The notes under the pieces: generated by a model
Told to the model about the DNA's origin: nothing
Seen by the model: only the letters and a program-made list of their open reading frames with translations
Databases searched by the model: none
From: a virus
Taxonomy: Duplodnaviria > Caudoviricetes
Direction: 5' to 3' (one strand)
IMG/VR virus record: IMGVR_UViG_3300008448_000264
Location: 1-37,571 of that record
Length of the DNA stretch: 37,571 nucleotides
Shown here: positions 18,083 through 26,699 of the stretch, in pieces
Numbering within the stretch: the stretch's first letter is position 1
Layout: every line of letters starts with the position of its first letter
Position numbers and translations under genes: made by a program

Positions 18083-18255
18083 ATATTCTTTCTCTTGGCA
18101 CTCGACTGAGTATGCTGTGTAAGCTTTAATTCACAGACTCCGAATCTCTCTGCATGCTTTGAATCACAGCGAAATTGTAGGGTTCTTAGGCATTGCTTTG
18201 ATATAGGAATATATGCAGTAATTCCGCAGACGAAGCAGATTGCAGTTCTTTTCAT
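18076..18255 (-). CDS. Possible 59-aa Cys-rich (zinc-finger-like) protein
   Basis: MKRTAICFVCGITAY..QC..RCDSKH..VC; its stop codon lies inside the tRNA 5' end; no SD. Confidence 0.4.
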   Translation of the reverse strand: MKRTAICFVCGITAYIPISKQCLRTLQFRCDSKHAERFGVCELKLTQHTQSSAKRKNMP

Positions 18256-18313
18256 AAAAACGACGACGCTCTGGTTAGATTTAAGTATAGAAAAGAGAGA
18301 GACGCGAGGGTTG

Positions 18314-18348
18314 CAAAGGCACTCGGTTTGAGAGTGTGAGTGCCTTTG
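18314..18348. other. 11-bp stem-loop directly after the hydrolase stop
   Basis: caaaggcactc...gagtgcctttg; no adjacent U-tract. Confidence 0.6.
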
Positions 18349-18351
18349 GAT

Positions 18352-18945
18352 TTAGAATAGACTTGCGACTTTGTTGATTTTTGGGTATTCATAGAATCGA
18401 TGATTATCAATCTGAACGATGAATCTTAAACGATTCGCCCATTCAGGTGTCACATAGACAGCATGGTAATGTGTTGCTCCACTCACTAGATCATCGTATT
18501 TACCACTCAGAGCAGACTTTGCTGCTTTTACTGAATCGATCCAGTTTTCATCATACTTAATTCGTTCTTTATATCCATCACACCACCAAGAGAATTGGCA
18601 ACGATGACGGATTGGATTGTATATACGTGAGTCAGCTGATAGATTGGGATCTGATCTTGTTTTCCAAGATTCTCTTACTGGACCCTGCTTTACAACCTCG
18701 CAGATTGTTTTAGGGTATCTCGGATCTTTGAGACGATTCAGAGTGACAATCCCAACAGCGATCTTTCCTCGCATTGATTCACCTTTACTCTCAAAGTAAA
18801 TGTTCTCAACTAAGCAAATAAACTCAGGTGACTCTTCGTCTGCTGAAGTAGTAATGCTTGGAATAATTAGAAATGGTAATAGGATTAGAAGGAATATAGC
18901 GATACGCAATCGCCTACCCACATCCTTTAAATTCAAACTTTTCAT
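18352..18945 (-). CDS. Cell-wall hydrolase of the SleB/Hydrolase_2 family with N-terminal TM or signal sequence
   Basis: CLVENIYFESKGE..G.IAV..V.LNR..YP.TICEVV.Q..QFSW.CDG..GATHYHA.YV.P.W..IDNHRFY. Confidence 0.92.
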   Translation of the reverse strand: MKSLNLKDVGRRLRIAIFLLILLPFLIIPSITTSADEESPEFICLVENIYFESKGESMRGKIAVGIVTLNRLKDPRYPKTICEVVKQGPVRESWKTRSDPNLSADSRIYNPIRHRCQFSWWCDGYKERIKYDENWIDSVKAAKSALSGKYDDLVSGATHYHAVYVTPEWANRLRFIVQIDNHRFYEYPKINKVASLF

Positions 18946-18987
18946 ATACTCTTTTCCTTTCGAATTAGATTATATTAGGTTTTATGT

Positions 18988-19326
18988 TTAAATCAAACGA
19001 TCTCTCATTCGTACATATTTCAACCAACGATCTCTTGCGTTCTGGGCTGAAATCTTACGTTTCTCAGATGGTTTGCTATAAGTGGCTCGATCACGTATCT
19101 CACGCATCAAACCCTCGCGATCAACTTTCTTTTTAAGTCTTCGGATTGCCTTTTCAATGTTATCGTTCTCAACAATTACTTCTCGTCCAGTTTCTCTTGG
19201 ACGTTCGTAATGAGGTGTTGAAAAACTTTTCTTAGGCGAGTCGAATTTGTTTCTCGACTTGAAGTCTTTTGTGCTTCGAAAGTTTCGATTATATGGCTTC
19301 ATATTTTTTTCATCAATATAGTTCAC
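18988..19326 (-). CDS. rpsU: Ribosomal protein bS21 with basic N-terminal extension (alternative ATG start at 19302)
   Basis: VIVENDNIEKAIRRLKKKVDREGLMREIRDRATYSKPSEKRK. Confidence 0.92.
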   Translation of the reverse strand: MNYIDEKNMKPYNRNFRSTKDFKSRNKFDSPKKSFSTPHYERPRETGREVIVENDNIEKAIRRLKKKVDREGLMREIRDRATYSKPSEKRKISAQNARDRWLKYVRMRDRLI

Positions 19327-19383
19327 GCTCTGAATATTCTTGGGAAGAATATAAAGAACAAATCTTATATGTTATTTAGGTAT

Positions 19384-19412
19384 ATTATACTCTAAAAATT
19401 CTTAAAAGTAAA
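19384..19412 (-). promoter_or_regulatory. Early-type promoter TTTACT-N17-TATAAT for bS21
   Basis: Consensus boxes; followed by a late-like CTAAATA at 19373-19379. Confidence 0.75.
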
Positions 19413-19525
19413 GCTTTTTAAACCAAAAGTAGTATAAAAAAAGCTATATAAATCAGTGGTTTAGAGAAGAGTAAATTCACTCTAAAATAGGGTTTAAACC
19501 AATTTAAACGTGTTTTGAGAGGGTT

Positions 19526-20020
19526 TTAAATGATTTTGCTTATAACGTCAACTATTCCAATAATCGCACGTATTCTATGCTCTTCAGCTGTTCTACTTTC
19601 GTTCCAATCAAGGAATATTGACTTTGGCATACCTTTAAGAATTGCAATTGTCATTCGAACTCTCGCTTCATCGATATCTTCACCAAGAATGTGATGATTT
19701 TCTTTTAATGCATAATCGTTTAAACACTCGATAATTGCTCCCATCACCATATCTCGACTGTATATAAAATCTCGATCGAACATTGTTTGACTTATATCGT
19801 GCGTTAAATCTCTTGAATTATTAAAAACTGCAACAGTAAGAGCCACAGTATTTAAGAGTGATTGATCTTCAAAGTGTTCGAGTATATAAAGTTGTCGTTT
19901 GAAGTATTCTGCAAATGCTGGCACTCCTTCAGCATAGTTCATATACCAATCAGGTATTTTTTCTCCACTCGCAGAAGATTGGAAATATGCAGTTTTTTCT
20001 GCTGATTGTTTATCGTTCAT
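19526..20020 (-). CDS. Hypothetical protein, possibly a degenerate AhpD-like fold lacking CxxC
   Basis: W...vP.fA...L...vALtvA..N..L weakly resembles the AhpD N-terminus. Confidence 0.55.
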   Translation of the reverse strand: MNDKQSAEKTAYFQSSASGEKIPDWYMNYAEGVPAFAEYFKRQLYILEHFEDQSLLNTVALTVAVFNNSRDLTHDISQTMFDRDFIYSRDMVMGAIIECLNDYALKENHHILGEDIDEARVRMTIAILKGMPKSIFLDWNESRTAEEHRIRAIIGIVDVISKII

Positions 20021-21237
20021 ATTAATATTCCTTGTTTCACTTGTTGTTGTATATTTGTAAAGCAGACCTCTAATCGTTTTTCTAATTCCTCAAAATATAT
20101 GTCATCAGCGATTAATGGTATGATTGTCTTAATTGTATTCTCGTTTGTTGTTGCTGACATTCCTGCTTTATCAATCTCAGCTAACGAAATGGGTATCGGA
20201 TGTGGTTCTGGTACAAAAGACTTCCAAACTCCATTCCCAATTACGTTTCTTACGAGTCCTTTACTCTTTAAACGATTACCTATATCATTTAAATTCTTTT
20301 CGATTACTTTCGAGTAAGCCATTCGTTCTTTTATTAATTCTATACAACGATTCGCTACTCGTACACCATACATATTTGGTTGCCAAGTATGCCCCCAATT
20401 AAATGTAGTCTTTACCTGTTTTAATATTTTATCATTAATTAAACAAGCTGATAATGGTATTAGTCCATTTGTAAGTGCTTTGCCAATTGTCACCATATCA
20501 GGTTTAATATTATAAGCTGTATGAGTAAATAATGTTCCTATTTTACCACCATAACCTGCAATATCATCTACGATTAAATTTGCATCATATAACGTAGCAG
20601 TTGCACGAAGTAATTGATAAAAGTTATGACTCCATGGAGCAATTGTTTTATTCCATGGATAACTCTCAATTAGAATAGCACCAATATCATTACGACTCTT
20701 AAATGTTTGAATTATTTGTTCAAGCACATTTGTTTCATTCGCAATACTATCTTCTGTCGTGTACCAAGTTCTTCCACGTATTGGTACAAAACGACTCTGT
20801 CTTTTCTCTACGATATCATTATTCGCACTTCGACAGACAACTGTAGTTCCATGATAACATGGTGGTATTGAAATTATATATCTTTTATTTGGTTCACCTT
20901 TATTTGTCCAATATAAATCATTAATATAAAAAGCACACTCATTACCATCTGAACCAGATACAGCATAGGCAATCCCATCCATACCAGCTTCTTTTGTCAG
21001 TGTTTCACTTAAACGATCAACAGGCTCTGCGGACTCACCACTATTGCCACGAAGAAAATCTATATCATTCGTTGGTAATAGACTCTTTAATTCTTTATGA
21101 TTATAACCTAATGTAAATGAACAATTACCAGATTGTATTTCTAAGTTAATACGATTCTCGTAATGAACCCAATATCCATCAGTTCGAATAACTCTCTTAA
21201 GATTTTCTGCTGGGCTTATTTCTTTTAATTCGTACAT
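20017..21237 (-). CDS. Class-III PLP-dependent aminotransferase (BioA/omega-transaminase family)
   Basis: SGSDGNE, YHGTT, LIVDDIAGYGGKIG, KPDMVTIGKALTNGLIPLSA (PLP Lys) and GHTW. Confidence 0.9.
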   Translation of the reverse strand: MYELKEISPAENLKRVIRTDGYWVHYENRINLEIQSGNCSFTLGYNHKELKSLLPTNDIDFLRGNSGESAEPVDRLSETLTKEAGMDGIAYAVSGSDGNECAFYINDLYWTNKGEPNKRYIISIPPCYHGTTVVCRSANNDIVEKRQSRFVPIRGRTWYTTEDSIANETNVLEQIIQTFKSRNDIGAILIESYPWNKTIAPWSHNFYQLLRATATLYDANLIVDDIAGYGGKIGTLFTHTAYNIKPDMVTIGKALTNGLIPLSACLINDKILKQVKTTFNWGHTWQPNMYGVRVANRCIELIKERMAYSKVIEKNLNDIGNRLKSKGLVRNVIGNGVWKSFVPEPHPIPISLAEIDKAGMSATTNENTIKTIIPLIADDIYFEELEKRLEVCFTNIQQQVKQGILI

Positions 21238-21281
21238 GTTTCATATCACTTCCAGTTAAATATGGAATCTTTATTAATATT

Positions 21282-21464
21282 TTATTTTGTTTTCTTTTCA
21301 ATTTTAAGGTCATCTACTTCTTTTATCCATTGGTTAAACTCATTCTCTACTGTGACATTAGAAAACCCTTTATACTTAATTACATATACTTTTTGCCCCC
21401 AAACATTTTCACCAAATGCTTTGTATTCTTTTGCAATAAATTCTTTATTCGACTGCCAACTCAT
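21282..21464 (-). CDS. Hypothetical protein
   Basis: Start moved to MSWQ at 21464 to limit overlap with the upstream gene. Confidence 0.55.
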   Translation of the reverse strand: MSWQSNKEFIAKEYKAFGENVWGQKVYVIKYKGFSNVTVENEFNQWIKEVDDLKIEKKTK

Positions 21465-22197
21465 TTTCTTTTCTATACTGTTCTCTATAAAATCTAAACA
21501 TCTCAAGATGACTAACTGGATTTTCAGTAAATATCTGCGTTTCACCACCCTCTACTAAAAATAATAATACAGTTTGTTGTATTGGTTGTCCTTTTAATTC
21601 TTTAAACATATGCGCATATGCTGATGCTTGCATAAAGTAGTTTTGAATCCATTTCTTTTCTTTTGGTCTTGATGCTGTTTTAAAATCAATTAAAGAAACT
21701 TTATTTTTAAATGTAGCTATACAATCAACTGTACCAGCACATTGCAATTCATGAGAATATAAAGGTGTTTCGAGTGCCATTATATTATCAATTTCATTTA
21801 ACACTGGTATAAAGTTAGTAAAATCTTGAGACAAAGTTGTTTCTACTAAATCTTCTGTATCATATTCAAATCCATCATTAAGTAAATACTTTTCAGACCA
21901 TTTATGAATTAAAGTACCACGTGATGATGCTTGTCTTGATATACGATTTGCTTCAGTATTTCCTACTCTAGTTCTCCATTCAACAATACTTGATCTATTT
22001 TGTAATGATGTAATGCTTGTCACTGAAGGATATAGATTTCCTGTTGGTGTTTTATAAACTCTACTCCCAGCAGAATCTATTCTTTCTAACTTAGGGAACT
22101 CAATTGAAAGATGAGTGAATCTTTTGCTAGGCTGAATATATTTCAAGGATTCTTTTGTATTCAGCTGTTCTTTCAGCAAGTCCATGTGTTCCTCCAT
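21445..22197 (-). CDS. PD-(D/E)XK exonuclease (Cas4/RecB-like, T4-like phage family); true start probably near 22146
   Basis: YPSVTSI..RGT.IH..E.PLYS..AGTVDCI..IDFKT..YF.Q..AYA. Confidence 0.88.
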   Translation of the reverse strand: MEEHMDLLKEQLNTKESLKYIQPSKRFTHLSIEFPKLERIDSAGSRVYKTPTGNLYPSVTSITSLQNRSSIVEWRTRVGNTEANRISRQASSRGTLIHKWSEKYLLNDGFEYDTEDLVETTLSQDFTNFIPVLNEIDNIMALETPLYSHELQCAGTVDCIATFKNKVSLIDFKTASRPKEKKWIQNYFMQASAYAHMFKELKGQPIQQTVLLFLVEGGETQIFTENPVSHLEMFRFYREQYRKENELAVE

Positions 22198-22747
22198 TTA
22201 TTTTCTTTGTCATTATTACTAAATCTCCTGCATCTGCTGTATCATTTAAATTATTTTTATTCCAAAACCAAAGAGCAGATCTTACAGCACCAACATATGT
22301 AATTAAATAATCAGGAACTTCTTCTATATTCATTTGTTCACTATTCGCAAATGCTTGATAGTTATTCTTACCTGTTAATTGTATAAGTCCTCTTCCACAA
22401 TATCTCCAACCATCACCTGATGCTTCATCACCATTCCCCATACGATTAGCATAAACTCTATTTGCGATTGCTTCTGGCTTACGAGCATACTCCATCACAT
22501 TACTTTCATCAAAGTATTTTGGGAATGTTTTCAATAAACCTTTATCAGAATAATTTAAATTTTCAATCAAAAATTTATATTTTCCAGACTCGTGTGATGT
22601 TTGTGCGAGAAAACCAGCAATACGATTTGGGTTTTCAATCATATCTTCTGGCATCGAATCAACCAAGGCATTATACCAGTTTGTTAATACATTTGCATCT
22701 GTTAAATATAATGCTTTTCCTAATTTTTCTTCTGTGAATATACTCAT
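22127..22747 (-). CDS. Glycoside hydrolase family 19 lysin (probable endolysin)
   Basis: FLAQTSHESG..ENLNYS..IANRVYANRMGNG..GDGWRYCGRGLIQLTGKNNY..INGGTHGL.ER. Confidence 0.93.
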   Translation of the reverse strand: MSIFTEEKLGKALYLTDANVLTNWYNALVDSMPEDMIENPNRIAGFLAQTSHESGKYKFLIENLNYSDKGLLKTFPKYFDESNVMEYARKPEAIANRVYANRMGNGDEASGDGWRYCGRGLIQLTGKNNYQAFANSEQMNIEEVPDYLITYVGAVRSALWFWNKNNLNDTADAGDLVIMTKKINGGTHGLAERTAEYKRILEIYSA

Positions 22748-22860
22748 TTTTTATTAAACCATTCTGTTAATTTATATCCTAATATAATTGCTACAATAAT
22801 GATAATAATTAACATTCCTGTTATTTCAGTAGCAAATATAAATTTATCAAACGTTATCAT
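22744..22860 (-). CDS. 38-aa single-TM protein
   Basis: MITFDKFIFATEITGMLIIIIIVAIILGYKLTEWFNKK; ATGA overlaps on both sides. Confidence 0.65.
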   Translation of the reverse strand: MITFDKFIFATEITGMLIIIIIVAIILGYKLTEWFNKK

Positions 22861-23117
22861 ATTTCTGTTGTTTTATTTAAACGACTTCCAGGAGTACGTT
22901 TATGTATTTTATTTAATACTTCTTTAAAACCTTTTTTAGCATTTGTTGCTTTTCCAGATACACCAGAAACATTCCATGGTGCAGCAATTCCAGGAAATTT
23001 AGTAAAGATTTGTTGGACATCTGGATTTGCTATTAAATAAGGACCAAGTTCATCCATTTTCATTGTTAATGAAAATTCTTTTTTAGTTTTTTTATTTTCA
23101 AATGTATAATTAGGCAT
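22857..23117 (-). CDS. Conserved T4-like hypothetical protein (FmdB-like, lacking Cys)
   Basis: MPNYTF.N..T..YL..NP..GFKEVL.KI...PGS. Confidence 0.7.
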   Translation of the reverse strand: MPNYTFENKKTKKEFSLTMKMDELGPYLIANPDVQQIFTKFPGIAAPWNVSGVSGKATNAKKGFKEVLNKIHKRTPGSRLNKTTEI

Positions 23118-23685
23118 ATAATTTCTTTTCTGTTAGACCTTTAGAATACCATTCAGGTATTGGTCGATTAGTCCATTTAGCAAAATAATTCTTTGCCACT
23201 ATGTAATAATTATAATAAGAGTAAAGACTATTATTTGGTACAATACATGATGGAAAATGACTCATTGCTGGTGGTGGATCTTTGAATGGAATATTAGGTA
23301 TGTTAATTGGATTTAATTTTAATACATCTTTTAATTTAATATAAGTACTGTGCATTTTACCATAACGATGAGTATATTCATCTGATAAATGTTTCCATAA
23401 TTCTTTTAAATATTCATAGTGTGTCACACTCTCACGAACCCATATAGCTGATGGGTGATTCTTCATAGTAGATTTGTATAATGTACTTTCCATTATTGGT
23501 TTTGGATGAACCCAAGTGGTGTATTTTCGTTTTGATTTTGTAAGGGTGTTATTTGAAGTTCCGTCGAGTACTCGATGCGCAGTTGACAATAACTGCGCAT
23601 ACTCAATAATCATTTTAACTACATGTTTATCGCAGTGCATTGTCGCACAGATTTTAGGATCTTTATCTAAGTAAAAGATATTCAT
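23110..23685 (-). CDS. Pyrimidine-dimer DNA glycosylase family protein (DenV-related)
   Basis: MNIFYLDKDP..A..HCDKHVVKMIIEYAQLLSTAH..NHPSAIWVRES..EYTHRYGK.H. Confidence 0.85.
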   Translation of the reverse strand: MNIFYLDKDPKICATMHCDKHVVKMIIEYAQLLSTAHRVLDGTSNNTLTKSKRKYTTWVHPKPIMESTLYKSTMKNHPSAIWVRESVTHYEYLKELWKHLSDEYTHRYGKMHSTYIKLKDVLKLNPINIPNIPFKDPPPAMSHFPSCIVPNNSLYSYYNYYIVAKNYFAKWTNRPIPEWYSKGLTEKKLYA

Positions 23686-23700
23686 AGTATAAAATAATAA

Positions 23701-23805
23701 TTATTTTTTGTTATATTTTTCAATTCTAAACATATAATATATTGATATTCCTAACATAATTACAGATAAAATAAGTACTATTACTTCATAAACAAAAAGA
23801 GTCAT
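23701..23805 (-). CDS. 34-aa single-TM protein
   Basis: MTLFVYEVIVLILSVIMLGISIYYMFRIEKYNKK; SD AGGAGG. Confidence 0.65.
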   Translation of the reverse strand: MTLFVYEVIVLILSVIMLGISIYYMFRIEKYNKK

Positions 23806-23839
23806 AATAACCTCCTTTGTTAAAAGCAAACCTATTTAG

Positions 23840-24103
23840 TTAATTCAATTTCCTTTTTGGTAATATTTCAGCAACACCAAATGGTCTTGCTTGTTGTCCA
23901 ACTTCTACAATTGAATTTAAAAATTTTTGATAATCTAAATCAGTTAAAGCTGATTTATAAAAACGAATAGCGATTGCGAGCATCGTACTTGAAACTAATT
24001 GATTGACTTCTGAATTTTTTGAATGTTTAACTATAAGATCCATAGCATTTTTAAATATGTCATCATAAATTTCTTGCTGTAATTGATCGTTTTCTAAACT
24101 CAT
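23840..24103 (-). CDS. Hypothetical protein
   Basis: ORF track; ATGA-coupled to the upstream gene. Confidence 0.65.
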   Translation of the reverse strand: MSLENDQLQQEIYDDIFKNAMDLIVKHSKNSEVNQLVSSTMLAIAIRFYKSALTDLDYQKFLNSIVEVGQQARPFGVAEILPKRKLN

Positions 24104-24711
24104 ACTGGCTGTCCTGCATCATCATGTTCTAAATTAAAATACTTCTTATCAATTTCCATTACAGCTGTCACTCGCCAATGTTCTGGATTTGTTGCTTCGT
24201 TTTTTAAACTATGTTGAATGTCGTGTCCATTGAATGCTACAAACTCACCTGTTTTCCAAATTTTCTTTTCACCATCAAATATTAATGCTTGTTTTTCTGG
24301 CTCAGGTATATCAATACCAAAACTTACAGTATATCCTTCAAGTGTAGGATCTCCCATACTTTGACGTATCCAGTCCCACACATATCCATCATGATGCACA
24401 GGTAGCATTTTTCCTGGACGTATCATATTGACACATAAATCTATTGCTCCAGGAATATTATAAAATTGAGTAGTAGTTCGTTTCCAAAGATATCTGTCTT
24501 CTAATTGTTCGTTTATTTTACGAGCATCAATAAGTGGGATTGCTTTAAACCCACCTCTATTATTAACAGGCATAGAAAATCTATCATCTGCATTAATTGT
24601 ATCTTCGAATGATCTTTGACTTCGCCATTCAGCATAGTCACTCATTAAAGCAATCATCATAGCACTTAAAGCACTATAATTTGAATAAGATGTAGGATTT
24701 CCAAGCCACAT
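24100..24711 (-). CDS. AspH/LpxO-like 2OG-Fe(II) hydroxylase, paralogue 6
   Basis: PVHHDG..FNGHDIQH..WRVTAVMEI. Confidence 0.78.
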   Translation of the reverse strand: MWLGNPTSYSNYSALSAMMIALMSDYAEWRSQRSFEDTINADDRFSMPVNNRGGFKAIPLIDARKINEQLEDRYLWKRTTTQFYNIPGAIDLCVNMIRPGKMLPVHHDGYVWDWIRQSMGDPTLEGYTVSFGIDIPEPEKQALIFDGEKKIWKTGEFVAFNGHDIQHSLKNEATNPEHWRVTAVMEIDKKYFNLEHDDAGQPV

Positions 24712-24718
24712 AGATTAT

Positions 24719-24747
24719 ATTATACTATATTTTTTATTGTTTGTAAA
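24719..24747 (-). promoter_or_regulatory. Early-type promoter TTTACA-N17-TATAAT
   Basis: Consensus boxes; ATG starts 8 nt downstream of the -10. Confidence 0.75.
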
Positions 24748-24752
24748 GGGTT

Positions 24753-25340
24753 TTAATCGTTCCAATGCTTTATATCTGTATCAATTACACAAGAAACACG
24801 CCAATTTCCTGTTTTATTCCACACTTTATGCATAAAATCACGTCCATTAAATGCTACTATTTCTTTATTTCCATAAGTTCTTGGATAAGTATCATTTTCA
24901 AATTCCATACCACAAACATTCGGATCGTTTGATGGCATATCAATACCGATTGCTATTGTATATCCTTTTACTGGATGACCGAATGCTTCTTCTATTCTTT
25001 GCCAACTACCAAAGTCATGATGCATTGGCAATCCACCATTTGGTTTTATAAAATTTACTATTGATTGAAATACTCCAGGAATTTCTTTTAAACTTGCTGT
25101 TGCATGTTGCCATGGATTTCTTAAAGGTGGTACTGCTTCACCTCCTTGAATAAGTGGTATAGCCCACCAATCATCAGCATGTTCGTCTTCTCGATTAGGA
25201 TATTCAAATCGAAATACGTTTACACCTGTTTCTGTAATATTAAATTTACGAATAAATCTATTATAATCTAACTCCAATGCAGGAATTAAACTTGTTTTAA
25301 GATATTCATAATGTTTATATTTTTCTGCGTTTATCCACAT
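24753..25340 (-). CDS. AspH/LpxO-like 2OG-Fe(II) hydroxylase, paralogue 5
   Basis: PMHHDF..FNGRDFMHKVWN..WRVSCVID. Confidence 0.78.
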   Translation of the reverse strand: MWINAEKYKHYEYLKTSLIPALELDYNRFIRKFNITETGVNVFRFEYPNREDEHADDWWAIPLIQGGEAVPPLRNPWQHATASLKEIPGVFQSIVNFIKPNGGLPMHHDFGSWQRIEEAFGHPVKGYTIAIGIDMPSNDPNVCGMEFENDTYPRTYGNKEIVAFNGRDFMHKVWNKTGNWRVSCVIDTDIKHWND

Positions 25341-25341
25341 A

Positions 25342-26040
25342 TTAGTAATTATAGTTGTTCCATCTATGGTTTAAGTATTTAGTTTCTGGTATCGATAGGT
25401 TATATTCAGATGCTAAAAAATCTACAACTGCAGTGACACGCCATATACTGCTATTATTCACTACGTTGTGTTCGTGTGTTTTGCCCTCAAATGTTATCCA
25501 CTCTCCAGTATTTAATGGATGTTTAGAATTAGTTTTACCAAACTCAAAATAAGAATTATTCCCATTTGTTTGTAGACCAAATACATTCGTAAATCCATTT
25601 AGTTTAATCCCTAAATCTTTTTCTTGTCTTTTCCAACCACCACTATCATCATGCATCGGAAGTCGAGAATTTGGTTTTACAAAATTTACGATGTATTGAA
25701 CAAGTCCAGGAATTTTAACAGCAAAATCTGCTGAAGTTTTCCAATCTTCATAATACTTACATTTAATACTTCCTCTATTTGTAAGTATAGGATCACAAAA
25801 CCAATACTCTTTTGATTTACCCTCTTCTTTATCTTTTATATTTTCAGGTCTATGATAATCATCCATATCTCCTGTAATATTTGAGTATTCAGGATATACT
25901 TCTGGATTTTCAAATTTTTGTACTTGAACTCTATCTTCAAATTTATATTTTAATAACCAATTATTAAAATCTTGTTTAATCAATTCTTGTAATTCAATTA
26001 ATTGATTATACCACTTGAATGTTTTAGTTTCAATTATCAT
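25342..26040 (-). CDS. AspH/LpxO-like 2OG-Fe(II) hydroxylase, paralogue 4
   Basis: PMHDDS..FEGKTHEHNVVN..WRVTAVVD. Confidence 0.78.
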   Translation of the reverse strand: MIIETKTFKWYNQLIELQELIKQDFNNWLLKYKFEDRVQVQKFENPEVYPEYSNITGDMDDYHRPENIKDKEEGKSKEYWFCDPILTNRGSIKCKYYEDWKTSADFAVKIPGLVQYIVNFVKPNSRLPMHDDSGGWKRQEKDLGIKLNGFTNVFGLQTNGNNSYFEFGKTNSKHPLNTGEWITFEGKTHEHNVVNNSSIWRVTAVVDFLASEYNLSIPETKYLNHRWNNYNY

Positions 26041-26699
26041 ATAAATGCTTCTTTTCTAATATCAAACACAGCAGTAATTCTCCACTCTGGTGTATTATTC
26101 CACATACTATGAACTCCGTTGATACCATCAAAGCAAACTAATTCGTTTTGTAGTGGAAATTTATTTACTCCATCAACACACATTCCTACTGTTTCTTCTT
26201 TAGCATCTTTCATACCTGTATGAAGTGTTGAAACTATGCTGTATCCTTCAATTTTAGTACCCCAATCTAAACTTATTTTGTGCCAACCACCATCATCCTT
26301 GTGATTTGTTATTTTACCATATGGACATAAAAAATTTATATTTAATTGAACTAAACCAATTAATCTCCCTAAACTTTTATATGACTCTGGTAATAATTTT
26401 GTGTTCCATTTTTTTTCGTAAAATGCTCCGAGACATCTCCAGTCTTTTCTATGTTTATATCCTTCAGGATCTCGAATAGGATCTGGTGCAGGTTCAGTCA
26501 TTTCTGGATTAGCAAACTGAATTCCTGTAGGAGTAATATAAGCATAAGAATTTTGACTTGATACTCTATCTTCATATACTGGATCTGTATCAACTTCTGG
26601 ATTATTGTGTGTTAGCCAAATTGACAAATCATTTGCTAACTCAGGAATGATAGAGATTAATGTTTTATAATCTCTATATTTTTTTTCATCAATCCACAT
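26037..26699 (-). CDS. AspH/LpxO-like 2OG-Fe(II) hydroxylase, paralogue 3
   Basis: Start moved to MWIDEKKY by paralogy; NHKDD..FDGINGVHSMWN..WRITAVFD. Confidence 0.78.
   Translation of the reverse strand: MWIDEKKYRDYKTLISIIPELANDLSIWLTHNNPEVDTDPVYEDRVSSQNSYAYITPTGIQFANPEMTEPAPDPIRDPEGYKHRKDWRCLGAFYEKKWNTKLLPESYKSLGRLIGLVQLNINFLCPYGKITNHKDDGGWHKISLDWGTKIEGYSIVSTLHTGMKDAKEETVGMCVDGVNKFPLQNELVCFDGINGVHSMWNNTPEWRITAVFDIRKEAFI

Noticed and set aside
21445-22197. Cas4-like nuclease as a sign of CRISPR
   Set aside because: No repeat-spacer array or cas genes seen; this exonuclease is common in T4-like phages.
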